A DNA stretch of 64,000 nucleotides from Podarcis filfolensis (Eukaryota): the NCBI GenBank assembly GCA_964270895.1, contig OZ185444.1, one strand, 5' to 3'. Below are positions 51,205 through 62,262 of this stretch, in pieces. The stretch's first letter is position 1. Every line of letters starts with the position of its first letter. The notes under the pieces were generated by a model. The model was not told the origin of the DNA, ran no database searches, and saw only the letters and a list, made by a program, of their open reading frames with translations. The position numbers and the translations under genes are program-made.

Positions 51205-51490
51205 GACCCATGCTCTCTGGAAGCATCCCTGTGTGACTCCTGTCACTGTATCTACTGACTGCATTAAAACTTTTAGAACAAATTAACCCTCAGCTTGCAT
51301 TCTTTGGTTTAGCCGACCCCCCTTTCATTGCTGCTGCAAGAAGGACTGCATGTGGTTCAATCACAGCTACCCAAATCTGATGTCACATGGACACCCCTGG
51401 ACAGGCGTAACTTCATCTAGAAGCCTCAGAGGTAGATGAGAAAAACTGGGAGGCAGAATGGAATCAAGAGGTCCTACAGAGAGAAGAGAA

Positions 51491-51558
51491 GACAGGAGTG
51501 CCTCTGGTCCATGGGGTCACGAAGAGTCGGACACGACTAAATGACTAAACAACAACAA
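51491..51558 (+). mobile_element. RTE-BovB LINE extreme 3' end
   Basis: ggtccatggggtcacgaagagtcggacacgactaaatgactaaacaacaacaa: BovB-type terminus with (CAA)n tail. Confidence 0.8.
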
Positions 51559-53078
51559 TAGAGGGAAGAGGACACTTGGTGTGAGGGGGGAAGAGGAGAG
51601 TGTCCGTGGATTTTGTGGAGGAACTACAAGCTGCGCTTCTAGCTGAAAAGCCTCAGCTTGAGGAAGAAGGCAGCAGGAGAGAAGTGAGGAAGCTGAGCTC
51701 CACTTCCTCATCTAAACCCTTCTCTAATGGCCTCAATGAGACTTTGAGGGATAAGAAGGACACTTTGAAGAAACAGAGCCTCCCCCCCCCAACCAAATCA
51801 TGGTCTTTCCTCCTTCAGCAAGTAGAACAACAGGTTAGGGGCAAGGAGAGAGAAGGTTCAGGATTATTAGTTGCACCTAGTATTAGTCCTACTCATTGCA
51901 GATCCATTGAAAATAGTAGGCATGACTCAAGTCCATTCATTTTAATGGGTCTTCTCTGAGTAGGGCTAGTACTGGCAACCACCCTATATCTGTGACCATT
52001 TCTCTTTCTCTCTCTGATTGAATTCAAGCAATTTCTGTGCAAGGTGGTACAAATCAGAGCAGGGATCGCTTCCAAGTGCTTCCTGGCATCTCAGTGGTCC
52101 AAGTGTAAAGAAGATGCTATAGGCAAATGTTTGCTTGAAGCAAAAGTAATGCCTCTGGCCCTGCCATACTGTCATAATGTTAGGATGAAGTGATGGGGGA
52201 GGGAATGCAAACAGCAGAATAGTGAGAAAATGGAGGGAGACCTCTCTCTCTCTCGGTGTGTGTGTATTATTCATGATTTACAACACTTTCATCGATTAAT
52301 AAACAATTCTACATTTGAATTCTCATAAAGCTATTCTGAGAAAGGCCCTGTCTTACAGTTTCTATATTCACAACAAGGACTCGTTTTAGGTTCTGATTTG
52401 ATTGCTCTCTCCTCAAGCCCATACACTTGGGCCAGTGTTATGTGTCTGACTAGACATTTCCTTGTTTGGGGGTAATCGACCCTTTTATATCCCTCTACCT
52501 TAACTTGGTGCTTAGTCGAGGAGTCGTTCTTTCACATTGATTTTACATTTAAATGGAAATGTATCCAAAACACATTTAAGAGCATTGGCTTCAGCCCTTA
52601 CACGGAATCGTTCAGCCCTGCATTGGCATTGAGAATCCATCTATTTCAGAAACAGGAGCAGAACAAAAGAAGAATATTTATCCGGGATAATGAAATATTT
52701 GATTAGCTGCATGAACCAATTAGGCCAAGCAGGGATGAAAGAACAGAATGTGCCTTTGTGGGATTCTTTATTTCACACACATCAAACCTTTCTGTAACTG
52801 AACTAGCTGCCCTTTTCTGGAGATAGGAACTATATTACTTGATGGGGTGGGGGAAAGGATGGTTAGAGAGAGAGAGTGCCAGTTGCCCAAACCTCCAGGG
52901 CTCAGGGTCCTTCCCAACACAGGCTTCTCTAAATATATTCAGTTGAACCAGACAGAAAATAGGGAAAAATGCGTATCTTCTTAACAGTTAGGTAGCAATA
53001 AGAGATCTCTTTCAAAAATCCTAGGATTCAGGACATCGGAACCCACAGGCAGCTTTCAGGGTCCTGCTAAGGCCAACT

Positions 53079-53327
53079 AATAATGATAATAATTTTATTA
53101 TTTGTAGCCCGTCCATCTGACTAGGTTGCCCCAGCCACTCCAGGCAGCTTCCAGTATATACAATAATAAAAATAAAACATTAAAAACTTCCTTATACAGG
53201 GCTGCCTTCAGATGTCTTCTAAAGGCTGCATAGTTACTTATCTCCTTGACATCTGACTGGAGGTCATTCCACAGGGTGGGTGCCACTACTGAGAAGGCCC
53301 TCTGCCTGGTTCCCTGTAACCTCACTT
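53079..53327 (-). mobile_element. L2-clade LINE 3' fragment
   Basis: Minus frame RLQGTRQRAFSVVAPTLWNDLQSDVKEIS..FRRHLKAALY with AAT tail. Confidence 0.85.
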
Positions 53328-53704
53328 ATGGGTGCATTTAGCTTTCAGAGGATACTAAAATGTCAGACACATCTTAGAAAGACATTCCTTCATGTGTGGA
53401 AAAAGATGGGGTGGGGGATGCCTCTCCCAATGTGTTTCCTGCCACTTATGGTTCTTCAAAAGCCTTGTGCTAAAATGAATCAATATAATAATTAATCTAA
53501 CCAATCAATTGACTAAAACCCCATAGCCCAATGGGACACCTGTTCTAAGAGATGTGTGATGTGTGTCCCCCCACACCATGGTTTGTTTTGAAAGGCTATT
53601 ATTGACTTTAAGTCCCCACCACATTAATCTTTCTTAGTGTACATCTCTGTGCACAGACAACCCACAACCACAACACTCCCGTGTGGTGATGTTCGAATGT
53701 GACC

Positions 53705-54110
53705 AATTTGTCTTCTCTCGGTTTCTAATTTTTCCAATCTTAAGTTCAATTCTTCACATTTCTATATCGCTTTTTGGTTTTTTTAAAAAAAATGAAAAAT
53801 CATCAGCATTTTAGTGCAAATGTCTCCTAATATTTATGTTTGTATGCAATTTTGCCCAACACACACATTTTTGCAAAGCAATTTACTGCTTTATAATGCA
53901 TTTCCACATGTTATTTTCTCCAAAGTATGCATTTTTGCACACACCTAACCCTACTATATGCATTTCTGTACACATTACTTGGCCGGATAACTTCATCGCA
54001 AAATTCAGATAAGCGTGAATTTTGAAGATGACTATGTTTTGTTTCTCATATTCTTCCAAAAAATGGGAATTGGGTAGCTCCTCCTTTCAATGTGGATTGA
54101 ATTCCCTGCC
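53705..54110 (-). mobile_element. Remnant of the hAT family seen at 8491-9484
   Basis: Reverse complement aligns by eye with 8495-8550 joined to 9075-9470, i.e. the host element without the nested insertion. Confidence 0.6.
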
Positions 54111-55654
54111 TTTCACTACTCCCATGCCTCCTCTCTTCTCCTACCACTTGAGCTCTCAAAGTATGTAGGTGCAGGAATTCAATGATGTTTTTATTTTAAC
54201 CATGCTCCCCACCCCAGACAACATCTGAGTGTTCTGGCCTGGCTGGACTGTGTTGTTGAACACTAAAAACTCTTGCTCATCTGGGTGTAGGATAAAGAGG
54301 ACTGTGAGCATGCAGAAAGTAGCCTACTGTACGAAGGTGAAATTCCCATCAATGGCTCTGCTCCCTTTTGCCTCTGGCTCCACCCACTCGTAGCATGTGG
54401 TCCTCAGAAGGTTGTCCATGAAGGAATGTGGCCCTTGGGCAGAAAAATAGTCACCATCCCCATCCTAGCCTGTGGCCTGCCTAGCTTGTCTTTTGTCATT
54501 TGGACCTTTTGCTTAAGCTTCCAGATCTTGCCCTCAGCCTTTCTCCTGCATAGGAACGTCCCTGTTTTCATTGTAAAATGTTGGAGGTTTTGTGAGAGCA
54601 AAGTTAGCCACTGCTAGATAAGCTATGCTGGGCCTCATACCGACAACAACAAAAGTTTCATTCTTACAACTTGCTGAGGAAGAGATGGGAAGCAGCACTC
54701 AGAATCGACTCAGGCCCTCCTTTTGACAGCCACGCTACCATAATGGGCTCTGAGGGTCCAAATAAACCCCCTTTTCAGAAAACTCCAGCTCCCCCTACTG
54801 GTTTAAGGATGCATTCCCTGAAACAGCTGTGTCCACCAGGACTATAGGTCTAAAGTACAAGCACAACCTGTTTTCCTGTACTACTCTAGCACAGAATGAC
54901 TTAATTGTCCTGAATCATCACCTCATAATGACCTGTTGTGAGAAAAAGTGGAATTAGTAGTGGCTGGACGTTAAAACCTCTGGCAGCATGTGAACACAGC
55001 AGACCCTCTATTAAAAGTATTTGTACTTGATCATCCATCCCTGAGCTATCAAATCGTGGTTCTGGCAGCTTTTCCCACCAACCCATGCATTATTCTTTTG
55101 AATTAAATTTAAACACATCCTAACAAACGTTGATGAATAGCTAAAGCTGCTGTTCCTGGATCATGAAAACGACCCCAAGAGCATCATTCCCCAGAAACAG
55201 GTTTTGCCAAGAGTACTCCCACTTTTTAAAGAATTCCCTTTACAGTTTCCTTTTACATCATTAGCACTGTGTAAATGATAAACACGACTGGCAACTTGCA
55301 GTTCATGTGTTGCTTAGTTGTGTTTTTGTTTCATACCTGCTAATTACCCACCGTACTTCTAGCAATTGGGCACAAGAGGGAATTATCTAAGCAAATGAAG
55401 TTTGTCACGCGAGGATGAGCGAAGCCGTACAAGCAGACGTCTCCCCTTCCGAAAGAGATCATCAAGAGACATAGGAACTGCTTCCTGCTTCGCCCAAAGA
55501 GAAAGCAAGAATTCTTGGGAGGACTCTCTGAAATAGTTCAGAGAAGAGTGAGGTCAGGGCTGAGCAGCTTCACTATCTCCAGTATTCCCATAATGCTTTG
55601 GCAACAAAATGTTACAAATCAGGATTGGAGGCTTCTGCAACTTCCTAAATGGCC

Positions 55655-55958
55655 TTGGCCCAGTATACCTGAAGGAGTGTCTCCACCCCCATCATTCAGC
55701 CCGGACACTGAGGTCCAGCTCTGAGGGCCTTCTGGCAGTTCCCTCCCTGCCAGAAGTGAGGCTACAGGGAACCAGGCAGAGGGCCTTCTCGGTAGTGGTG
55801 CCCGCCCTGTGGAACGCCCTTCCATCAGATGTCAAGGAAATAAACAACTATCTGACTTTTAGAAGGCATCTGAAGGCAGCCCTGTTTAGGGAAGTTTCTA
55901 ATGTTTAATGTTCTATCACTTTTTATTATTATCATTATTATCTGTTGGGCAGGGTATA

Positions 55959-56008
<50 letters not shown>
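55655..56008 (+). mobile_element. L2-clade LINE 3' fragment with (AAT)n tail
   Basis: Frame LNGLGPVYLKECLHPHHSARTLRSSSEGLLAVPSLPEVRLQGTRQRAFSVVVPALWNALPSDVKEINNYLTFRRHLKAALF. Confidence 0.85.
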
Positions 56009-56009
<1 letters not shown>

Positions 56010-57224
56010 TCCATGGTAGGTGAATCCTCCTTAGGGAGATCAAACTACATGTGTCACAAGCGGGTGGGCATCAAAGGGTAAGAGGAAACACTGTGGTAAC
56101 CAAGCCAATTCTTCCTGGCATTAAGGTACTTGCTCAAAAGCCTATCCCACTGGAAGTAATGTGGTGCATTTAAATGTGCATCTAGTTGCAGGTGCCATGC
56201 CCCTGCATCACATGACTTTCAGTGGGATGCACATGAGTGAGCATCTCAATGCCAGGGAACATGCAACCCACTTGCCTTATCCATAGAGGCAAATGTATTC
56301 TTCAGCAACAGATTGCAAGAATGATGACCATGAACAGGTGTGTCAAAATGATCACGAGACTGGATGCAGTGGAGGTTTGGGTGAATATGTTGCCTCTCTC
56401 CATTGCAGGGAATATCCATCTTTGTGGGAAATTCAGCAGAGGACTGCTCCCAAATTCAGGGCTATGCGAGGCTACCTTTTCGCTGCCAAACAATTGAAGA
56501 GCGGAACATATGCCTTAGGGTCCAATATGGGATCGTCTCACCTTGAAATGAGATTTATCATAAGAGGCATGCCTGGTTTCACAGTCTAATGTGGATATAT
56601 CGGAAGGTGGCTGAACTTTCCTCAAGACTCGAGCCATTGACACCATTCATCCCCAGGTCTTGCATATATACGGAGTGAATGGAAGCAATCATTGGACTCT
56701 GTAATTGCCTCTCCCTGTTGCGGACAAAATCTGGATATTGTTGATGTGCGGGTGGGCTAAAAGACTTTGATCTTTGTCCATTCCAGTCTGAAGTGACTTG
56801 CTTCATAAGCCCCTGGACTAATGTGTGAATCGGAACTTAGTTGCCTTCTAGCTTTGCATTTCCCAAACCTTCCAATGCAAAGGTCATTTTTTTTTTGAGG
56901 GGGGAGGCAGAAAAAGTATACTTGAAAAAAAAGTATTTTGAGAGAGAAAAATATCAATGCCTGTTCTGAGAAAGAACACATTTTAAAATATTTTTAATGA
57001 GCATTTAAATGTGATTTCCCGCAAAAAAACAAAACAAAACCTTTTTCTTTTACTGCCACAAATAAATGAGTCAAAAGGTATGGAATGGACTAAAGGGTGA
57101 AGAAGTGGGAAAATGCTATGGGCTGGAAGTAGAGTGATTCACCATTTCCCAGGTGGGACCACAAAATCTAGAAAGCATGGAATATAGGGGGAATCAGTCT
57201 TTTTGACCCAGTGGGCACATAGGC

Positions 57225-57468
57225 AACCTCACTTCTCTCAGGGAGCGAACTGCCAGAAGGCCCTTGGAGCTGGACCTCCGTGTCTGGGCTGAACGACAAA
57301 GGTGGAGACACTCCTTCAGGTATACAGGACCGAGGCCGTTTAGGGCTTTAAATGTCAGCACCAACACTTTGAATTGTGCTTGGAAACGTACTGGGAGCCA
57401 ATGTAGGTTTTTCAGGACTGGTGTCATATGGTCTCGGCGGCTGCTCCCAGTCACCAGTCTAGCTGCAT
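57225..57468 (-). mobile_element. L2-clade LINE ORF2 C-terminal fragment
   Basis: Minus frame AARLVTGSSRRDHMTPVLKNLHWLPVRFQAQFKVLVLTFKALNGLGPVYLKECL, a typical L2 ORF2 C-terminus. Confidence 0.85.
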
Positions 57469-58764
57469 ATGTACTGGTAAGTAACAGCACCTTGAACTTG
57501 GCCCAGTAACAGCTTGATAGCCAATGCCAATCCTGCGAGGAGGGTGACTTTTTGCACCTTTCCTGAATTCAGAACAGATGGAAGAGTGGGTGTCCAATCC
57601 TGGCACCTAATGAAACGTGGGCATGTTTGATAGGGCATGTTCAGTGCCTGAGAGGCAAAGCAAGTGCAAACAAGCAGTGAGCAGGAAGAACAAACAGTCC
57701 CTCATGCATTGTGGATTCTTGAGGAAATATTTACAGAAACCTTTCATGGGCAACGTAGGAGGTACCAGTGGGTACATTTGTGCCCACCAGTGCCACATTG
57801 GTGACCCCTCATGCAAGATTTGTCCAATGATGCTTGGGGAGTGGAGTGTACATAACGGATTCTTCTTCACAGATTACTATAGTGTCATAACGGGGCTTTT
57901 CAGGGATGCTGTTACATCATCATCTCATGGCCATACAATTAACTGTATTGCAATCAACATCTTTATGTATTAAAATATGTCCTCTAACGCCGAAGAAGTT
58001 AGCACTTTATTCTCCCCGATACTGGGCTTCCCTTCACAGTAGTGCACATCAATAGCAATTATGTGACTTTTCAGTGAGAAGGCAACCAGCAGGAGACACT
58101 TAAAAGTGCCAAATGACATTTTCAAACACATTTCATGGTGAGAATTGCTTCTTCCCTTGTCGGATTAGAGACAGAGTCCTTTTACTTTCTTTTCAATATG
58201 AACTTAAAGCCTTTGCTTTTGAAGACTGGAGGCTCGTTTATGCACTGCTTTTGTCTTGTGCTGAAATCAGAGTGGTGAAAGTCAGTTCCCCCATATCAGT
58301 CTGCATAAAATTTATAAGGGAATGCACTGTCCTCCAGTTGCCCCCATCTCCATAGGGTGGGCAGTTGGAGGGTGGGTAGAGAAGAGATGGGGCACCTGTG
58401 GCTCTCCAGATGTTGTCAGAGTCCTCTGCCCATCAGTCCCAGCAGGCAAGGCCAATGGAAAGGGATGATGAGAGTTGTAGTACAGCAACATCTGGAGAAC
58501 TGCAGGTTATGCATTCTTGGGGTAGAGGACTGTTTCTTGGTGCGATTTCTAAATTTGAATCCATACATATACATTAGTATATGTAAATTGTATTCAAATC
58601 TCTGCTGTCTTTTGTTCCTTCTTTTGATGATGGATTTCCTCTTTTCTGTGGGTGCATCAGGCCCCCCCCCCTGAATGGCAGAGTATTAAGGGAGTGCTCT
58701 CTCTTTTAAATGAAAGGTTTTATTATTATTAAAGCTTTAAAAGGGAAGAAAAAACAATGTACTA

Positions 58765-59700
58765 AAGTTAACATAAATAATTTTTTTATTAGGTCTTACA
58801 TTTTTATCATCTTGCAACATATCAGATCATCAGACTCAACAATATACATTCCCCCAATTTCCCCCCTCCCTCCTGACTTCCCTCAACTTCTTCTTCTGGT
58901 CCCACCCCCCATATTAACTTCCCCTGTTTGCTTTTAGATATCTTCATATGGTATCTCTATATTAATTGTTATTGTCTCTTATCCTTCTATCCTCATCTTT
59001 ATAGTTTTTATACTTATTCTTTTGTTAATTGTAAGTGTTTACTCAAACACTTGCATTTTTTTCCCTCTTTTTTCTTTGAAAAGAAAAAGATTTCTGATTC
59101 TCTGTCTGTCAGCTACAGTATCTATAAAGGTAAAAGTAAAGGGACCCCTGACCGTTAGGTCCAGTCGAGGATGACTCTGGGGTTGCGGTGCTCATCTCAC
59201 TTTAGTAGCTGAGGGAGCTGGTGTACAGCTTCCAGGTCATGTGGCCAGCATAACTAAGCCGCTTCTGGTGAACCAGAGCAGCACACAGAAACACTGTTTA
59301 CCTTCCCACCGGAGTGGTACCTATTTATCTACTTGCACTTTGAAGTGCTTTCGAACTGCTAGGTTTGCAGGAGCAGGGACTGAGCAACGGGAGCTCACCC
59401 CGTCATGGGGATTCGAACCGCCGACCTTCTGATCGGCAAGCCCTAGGCTCTGTGGTTTAACCTACAGCGCCACCCACGTCCCATACAGTATCTATAGACT
59501 TATGAAAAAGACGTGCCCGTTTAATCATGCATTCTTTAACTTGTTCATCTTCCATTTCAAATTTCAGCCAGTGTTTATACAGTTTTGATATAACATGTTC
59601 ATCATCATTACACAATTGCATCTCAAAATCCATGTTACTTTGTTCCATGCCCCATCTTTTAACCAAGCTTAAATCTCTCTACTAGTTGTAAATAAGAAAA
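58765..59700 (-). mobile_element. Old L1 LINE 3' fragment interrupted by a Sauria SINE
   Basis: Minus frame VISKLYKHWLKFEMEDEQVKECMIK is homologous to TLSRMYNLLLKWNTQDETVKSAMIK in the L1 at 63300; 3' UTR-like sequence and ttttttatta end near 58780. Confidence 0.6.
59127..59483 (-). mobile_element. Sauria SINE, full length
   Basis: Perfect 13-bp TSD TACAGTATCTATA (59114-59126, 59484-59496); intact B box. Confidence 0.95.
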
Positions 59701-61754
59701 CCACTGAAGCTTGTGACCTCCCATTACTAAGTGTTCCATTAATTTATTTATTCTTATCATCTCCTTGATGCAACTCTAATAACTCTTGATAGGCTGAACG
59801 TTTCTCTTTTCCTGCCACCATTTTCTTTATATAGCTTCTATAGAAATCCGTTGGGGAGGGCTAAGCACTCTCAAGCCTTCCTCAACCTGGTGCCCTCTGG
59901 ATATTGTTGGACTTATCCCTGACAATTGCTTCCTTTGGCTGCTGGGTATGTGGGAACTGGGCACCCAATAGCACAAAGGCAGCAGCAAATTGGGAAAGGC
60001 TGAGCTTATCTTTTGACCAGTGGAATTAAAGTCATATTGGAGAAGTGGGGACTATCAGTGGCAAAACAGCATTAGAGAAAAGGGTGAAGAAGTTTATATC
60101 TCAACCTGCCCCCTAACTCTACACTAGCTGACCAAGCTGGTGCCCTCTAGATATTTAAAACTACAAGTCCCATCATGCCCAAGCAGCACACGTCTACTCA
60201 GAGAAAAGTCCTATTGAGTTCAGTGCGACTTATTACCAGAAATGTGGGTTTTGCATTGCAACCTGATAATGTGGTCTGCCCACATTCACCACAGCAAAAA
60301 TCGGAGAAGGGGGAACTGCAGCAACAGAAATGCTGTGGAATCCAGATGCCATGGTTAGCATAAAAGCTGATAACTGAATAGCATGCGGCTGTTTCAACAC
60401 AAACAGCTAAAAATGCCTTTGAGCTTCTCATAGGTTAATGCTTTTAGGCGGAACAGAATGCAAAAGAGACACATTTTTAAATCAAAAGCACCTTCTTTTT
60501 AAGAAATTAAGTCCCCCCCGCCCTATTTGCAAATAGGCTTTTCATGCTACATACACATGCCCATGATCTAGAATCACCTTATACTTTGCTCTTTGTTTTG
60601 GGGGTTTTGCTGGTATTATAATTTGCTGTTTATTATTGATACATTTACATTGTGTTTTAAAAGCTTTTTAAAATCTGTTTTGCTTAGGACTCAATATAAA
60701 CCACTTGGCTTGTTCATAATAACAGTGTTCATAAATGGTGAAAAAATGGATCCCACTTCTATTTATTTGGGGGGCAGTTGTTGTGAACCTCTTCTTATTG
60801 TTCTGAAGCTTCTATAAAGTTAAGGCGGGGAAAGTATGCCATAAGTCAGGCAGGGCCAATTTTTTGACAATTCTTATATTCTTGGCAAAATCAGCATATT
60901 TGATGCAGCCAAAGTAATCATTCATTTTCTCTCCTTAATACACATACAACAACAACAACCTTAATATTCACAGTGTTTCAACATTCTTCAGTAGGGCTGT
61001 ACAACCAATTTGTCTGAATCCCAAACTGCACTGCACTGTTTATTTTAACCATTTGTGCTGAGTTTGGATTGGGCTGAGGTAGTGACAGATCACTACAGAG
61101 AGCCTTGAGTGGACCCAAATCAATTTGTAGCCACTTACGCCAATCCATTATGAGAAAACCACATACCCTCCAAGTGTCCCTATTTCCCAGGGATAGTCCC
61201 AGAATTATGAAAGCCACAGGTGCCAACTCCTAGGGGCTGAGGTGTGTCTTCAGCCCTCTCAATAAATTTTATAGGGGGACTCAGCACCCCCAATACTGAG
61301 GGGGCTGAGGGTGGAGCTGAGAGTGGCACAGCATCAGTGACAAACGTCTCCTGAGCATGAGAGAGGAGGAGCTGTGGCCATTGAAGCTGCACAGCATTGG
61401 GCTCCATGCTTAGCCTGCCCACAATGTTGTGCTTCTGTCGCCACCTCCTGCCACTGCTGCCGCTGGTGCAAGGCCTGCTAGACCACTGCTGTCACTGCCA
61501 ACACAAGGCCTCCCAGGTTGCTAGAAGAACCTTCGACTTTGTATCAAATCTGGGGGACATTTCTTGGAACTCATATTCTAGCTTCCTAGTAAGATCCTTG
61601 TTCTCCTTGTACGTGAATGTGCTTTATTCCATTAGCAGTACACTATGAGTACAAACAGAGGTTTATTTAGTCGCTCTGGAGCATCTTACCTATATATTGT
61701 TTGCATATACCATGTATTGCCTTCTGATATATCACCCGCCTCTTAATTCCCAGA

Positions 61755-61863
61755 ATGCAGAAATGGCAAGAACAGAGTCGTGTATTTACAGCTGTCCTCT
61801 TCGCGTTTATTTTCCTGCTAGCAGCCGTGAGCACTACTGAGGCAGGAAAAAAAGAAAAGCCAG
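61755..61863 (+). CDS. PTN: Pleiotrophin, first coding exon (signal peptide plus first mature residues); partial CDS, remaining exons lie beyond the window
   Basis: Acceptor tcttaattcccag|A at 61753/61754, ATG 61755, donor CCAG|gtaagg at 61863/61864 (phase 1). Hand translation gives [36 protein letters not shown], matching human [30 protein letters not shown]. The 1-nt leader before ATG and the phase-1 boundary after KEKP match human PTN exon 2 as recalled. GKKEKP distinguishes it from midkine. Confidence 0.95.
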
Positions 61864-62262
61864 GTAAGGATGCTATTGCTTGTTACGAGTAATTTCGAAA
61901 AGTGGGGAAGCTTTCACTTTCCTTGTCTTTTTTATACATGTGTTGCTATACAAAGTGTTTTCTTCCCCCTCCCTTTTCCCCTACCTTGACTAGTTGGGGA
62001 AATGTTGCGAGGAAGAATTCAACATCTTGCTATGTTGGTTGTTCCATCATCACAAGCATTTCAGCTTGCCAGATGGAATGATATGCTTCCCTCCACATCC
62101 TGTTCTGGGGTTCTCCTGTCCCTCCCAAGCCAGTTTTAGGGGGCACGAGGGGAAGAAGAATGTCCTACTGCAGAATTCTGTGTGCAAGCTTCCTCTGATT
62201 TCACTCAGGTGAATCCTGCCCATTGTCATTAACACCACCACTTTTTGGGGGAGGGGCATATC

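Larger units (their letters stand above)
1362..61753 (+). other. PTN: PTN intron 1 (60,392 bp, GT-AG)
   Basis: Bounded by the exon 1 donor and exon 2 acceptor. No other recognisable host coding exon inside. A very long first intron is known for mammalian PTN. Additional non-coding exons cannot be excluded. Confidence 0.8.

Noticed and set aside
51600-51959. Protein-like ORF (VEELQAALLAEKPQLEEEGSRREVRK...)
   Set aside because: GTG start in a purine-rich tract beginning TGTCAC at 51381 that looks like a decayed LTR-type repeat carrying the BovB tail; no homology I can name and no exon boundaries.
56302-56493. Minus ORF with a hydrophobic C-terminus (possible membrane micropeptide)
   Set aside because: TTG start, no known similarity, and hydrophobic runs arise by chance in short frames.
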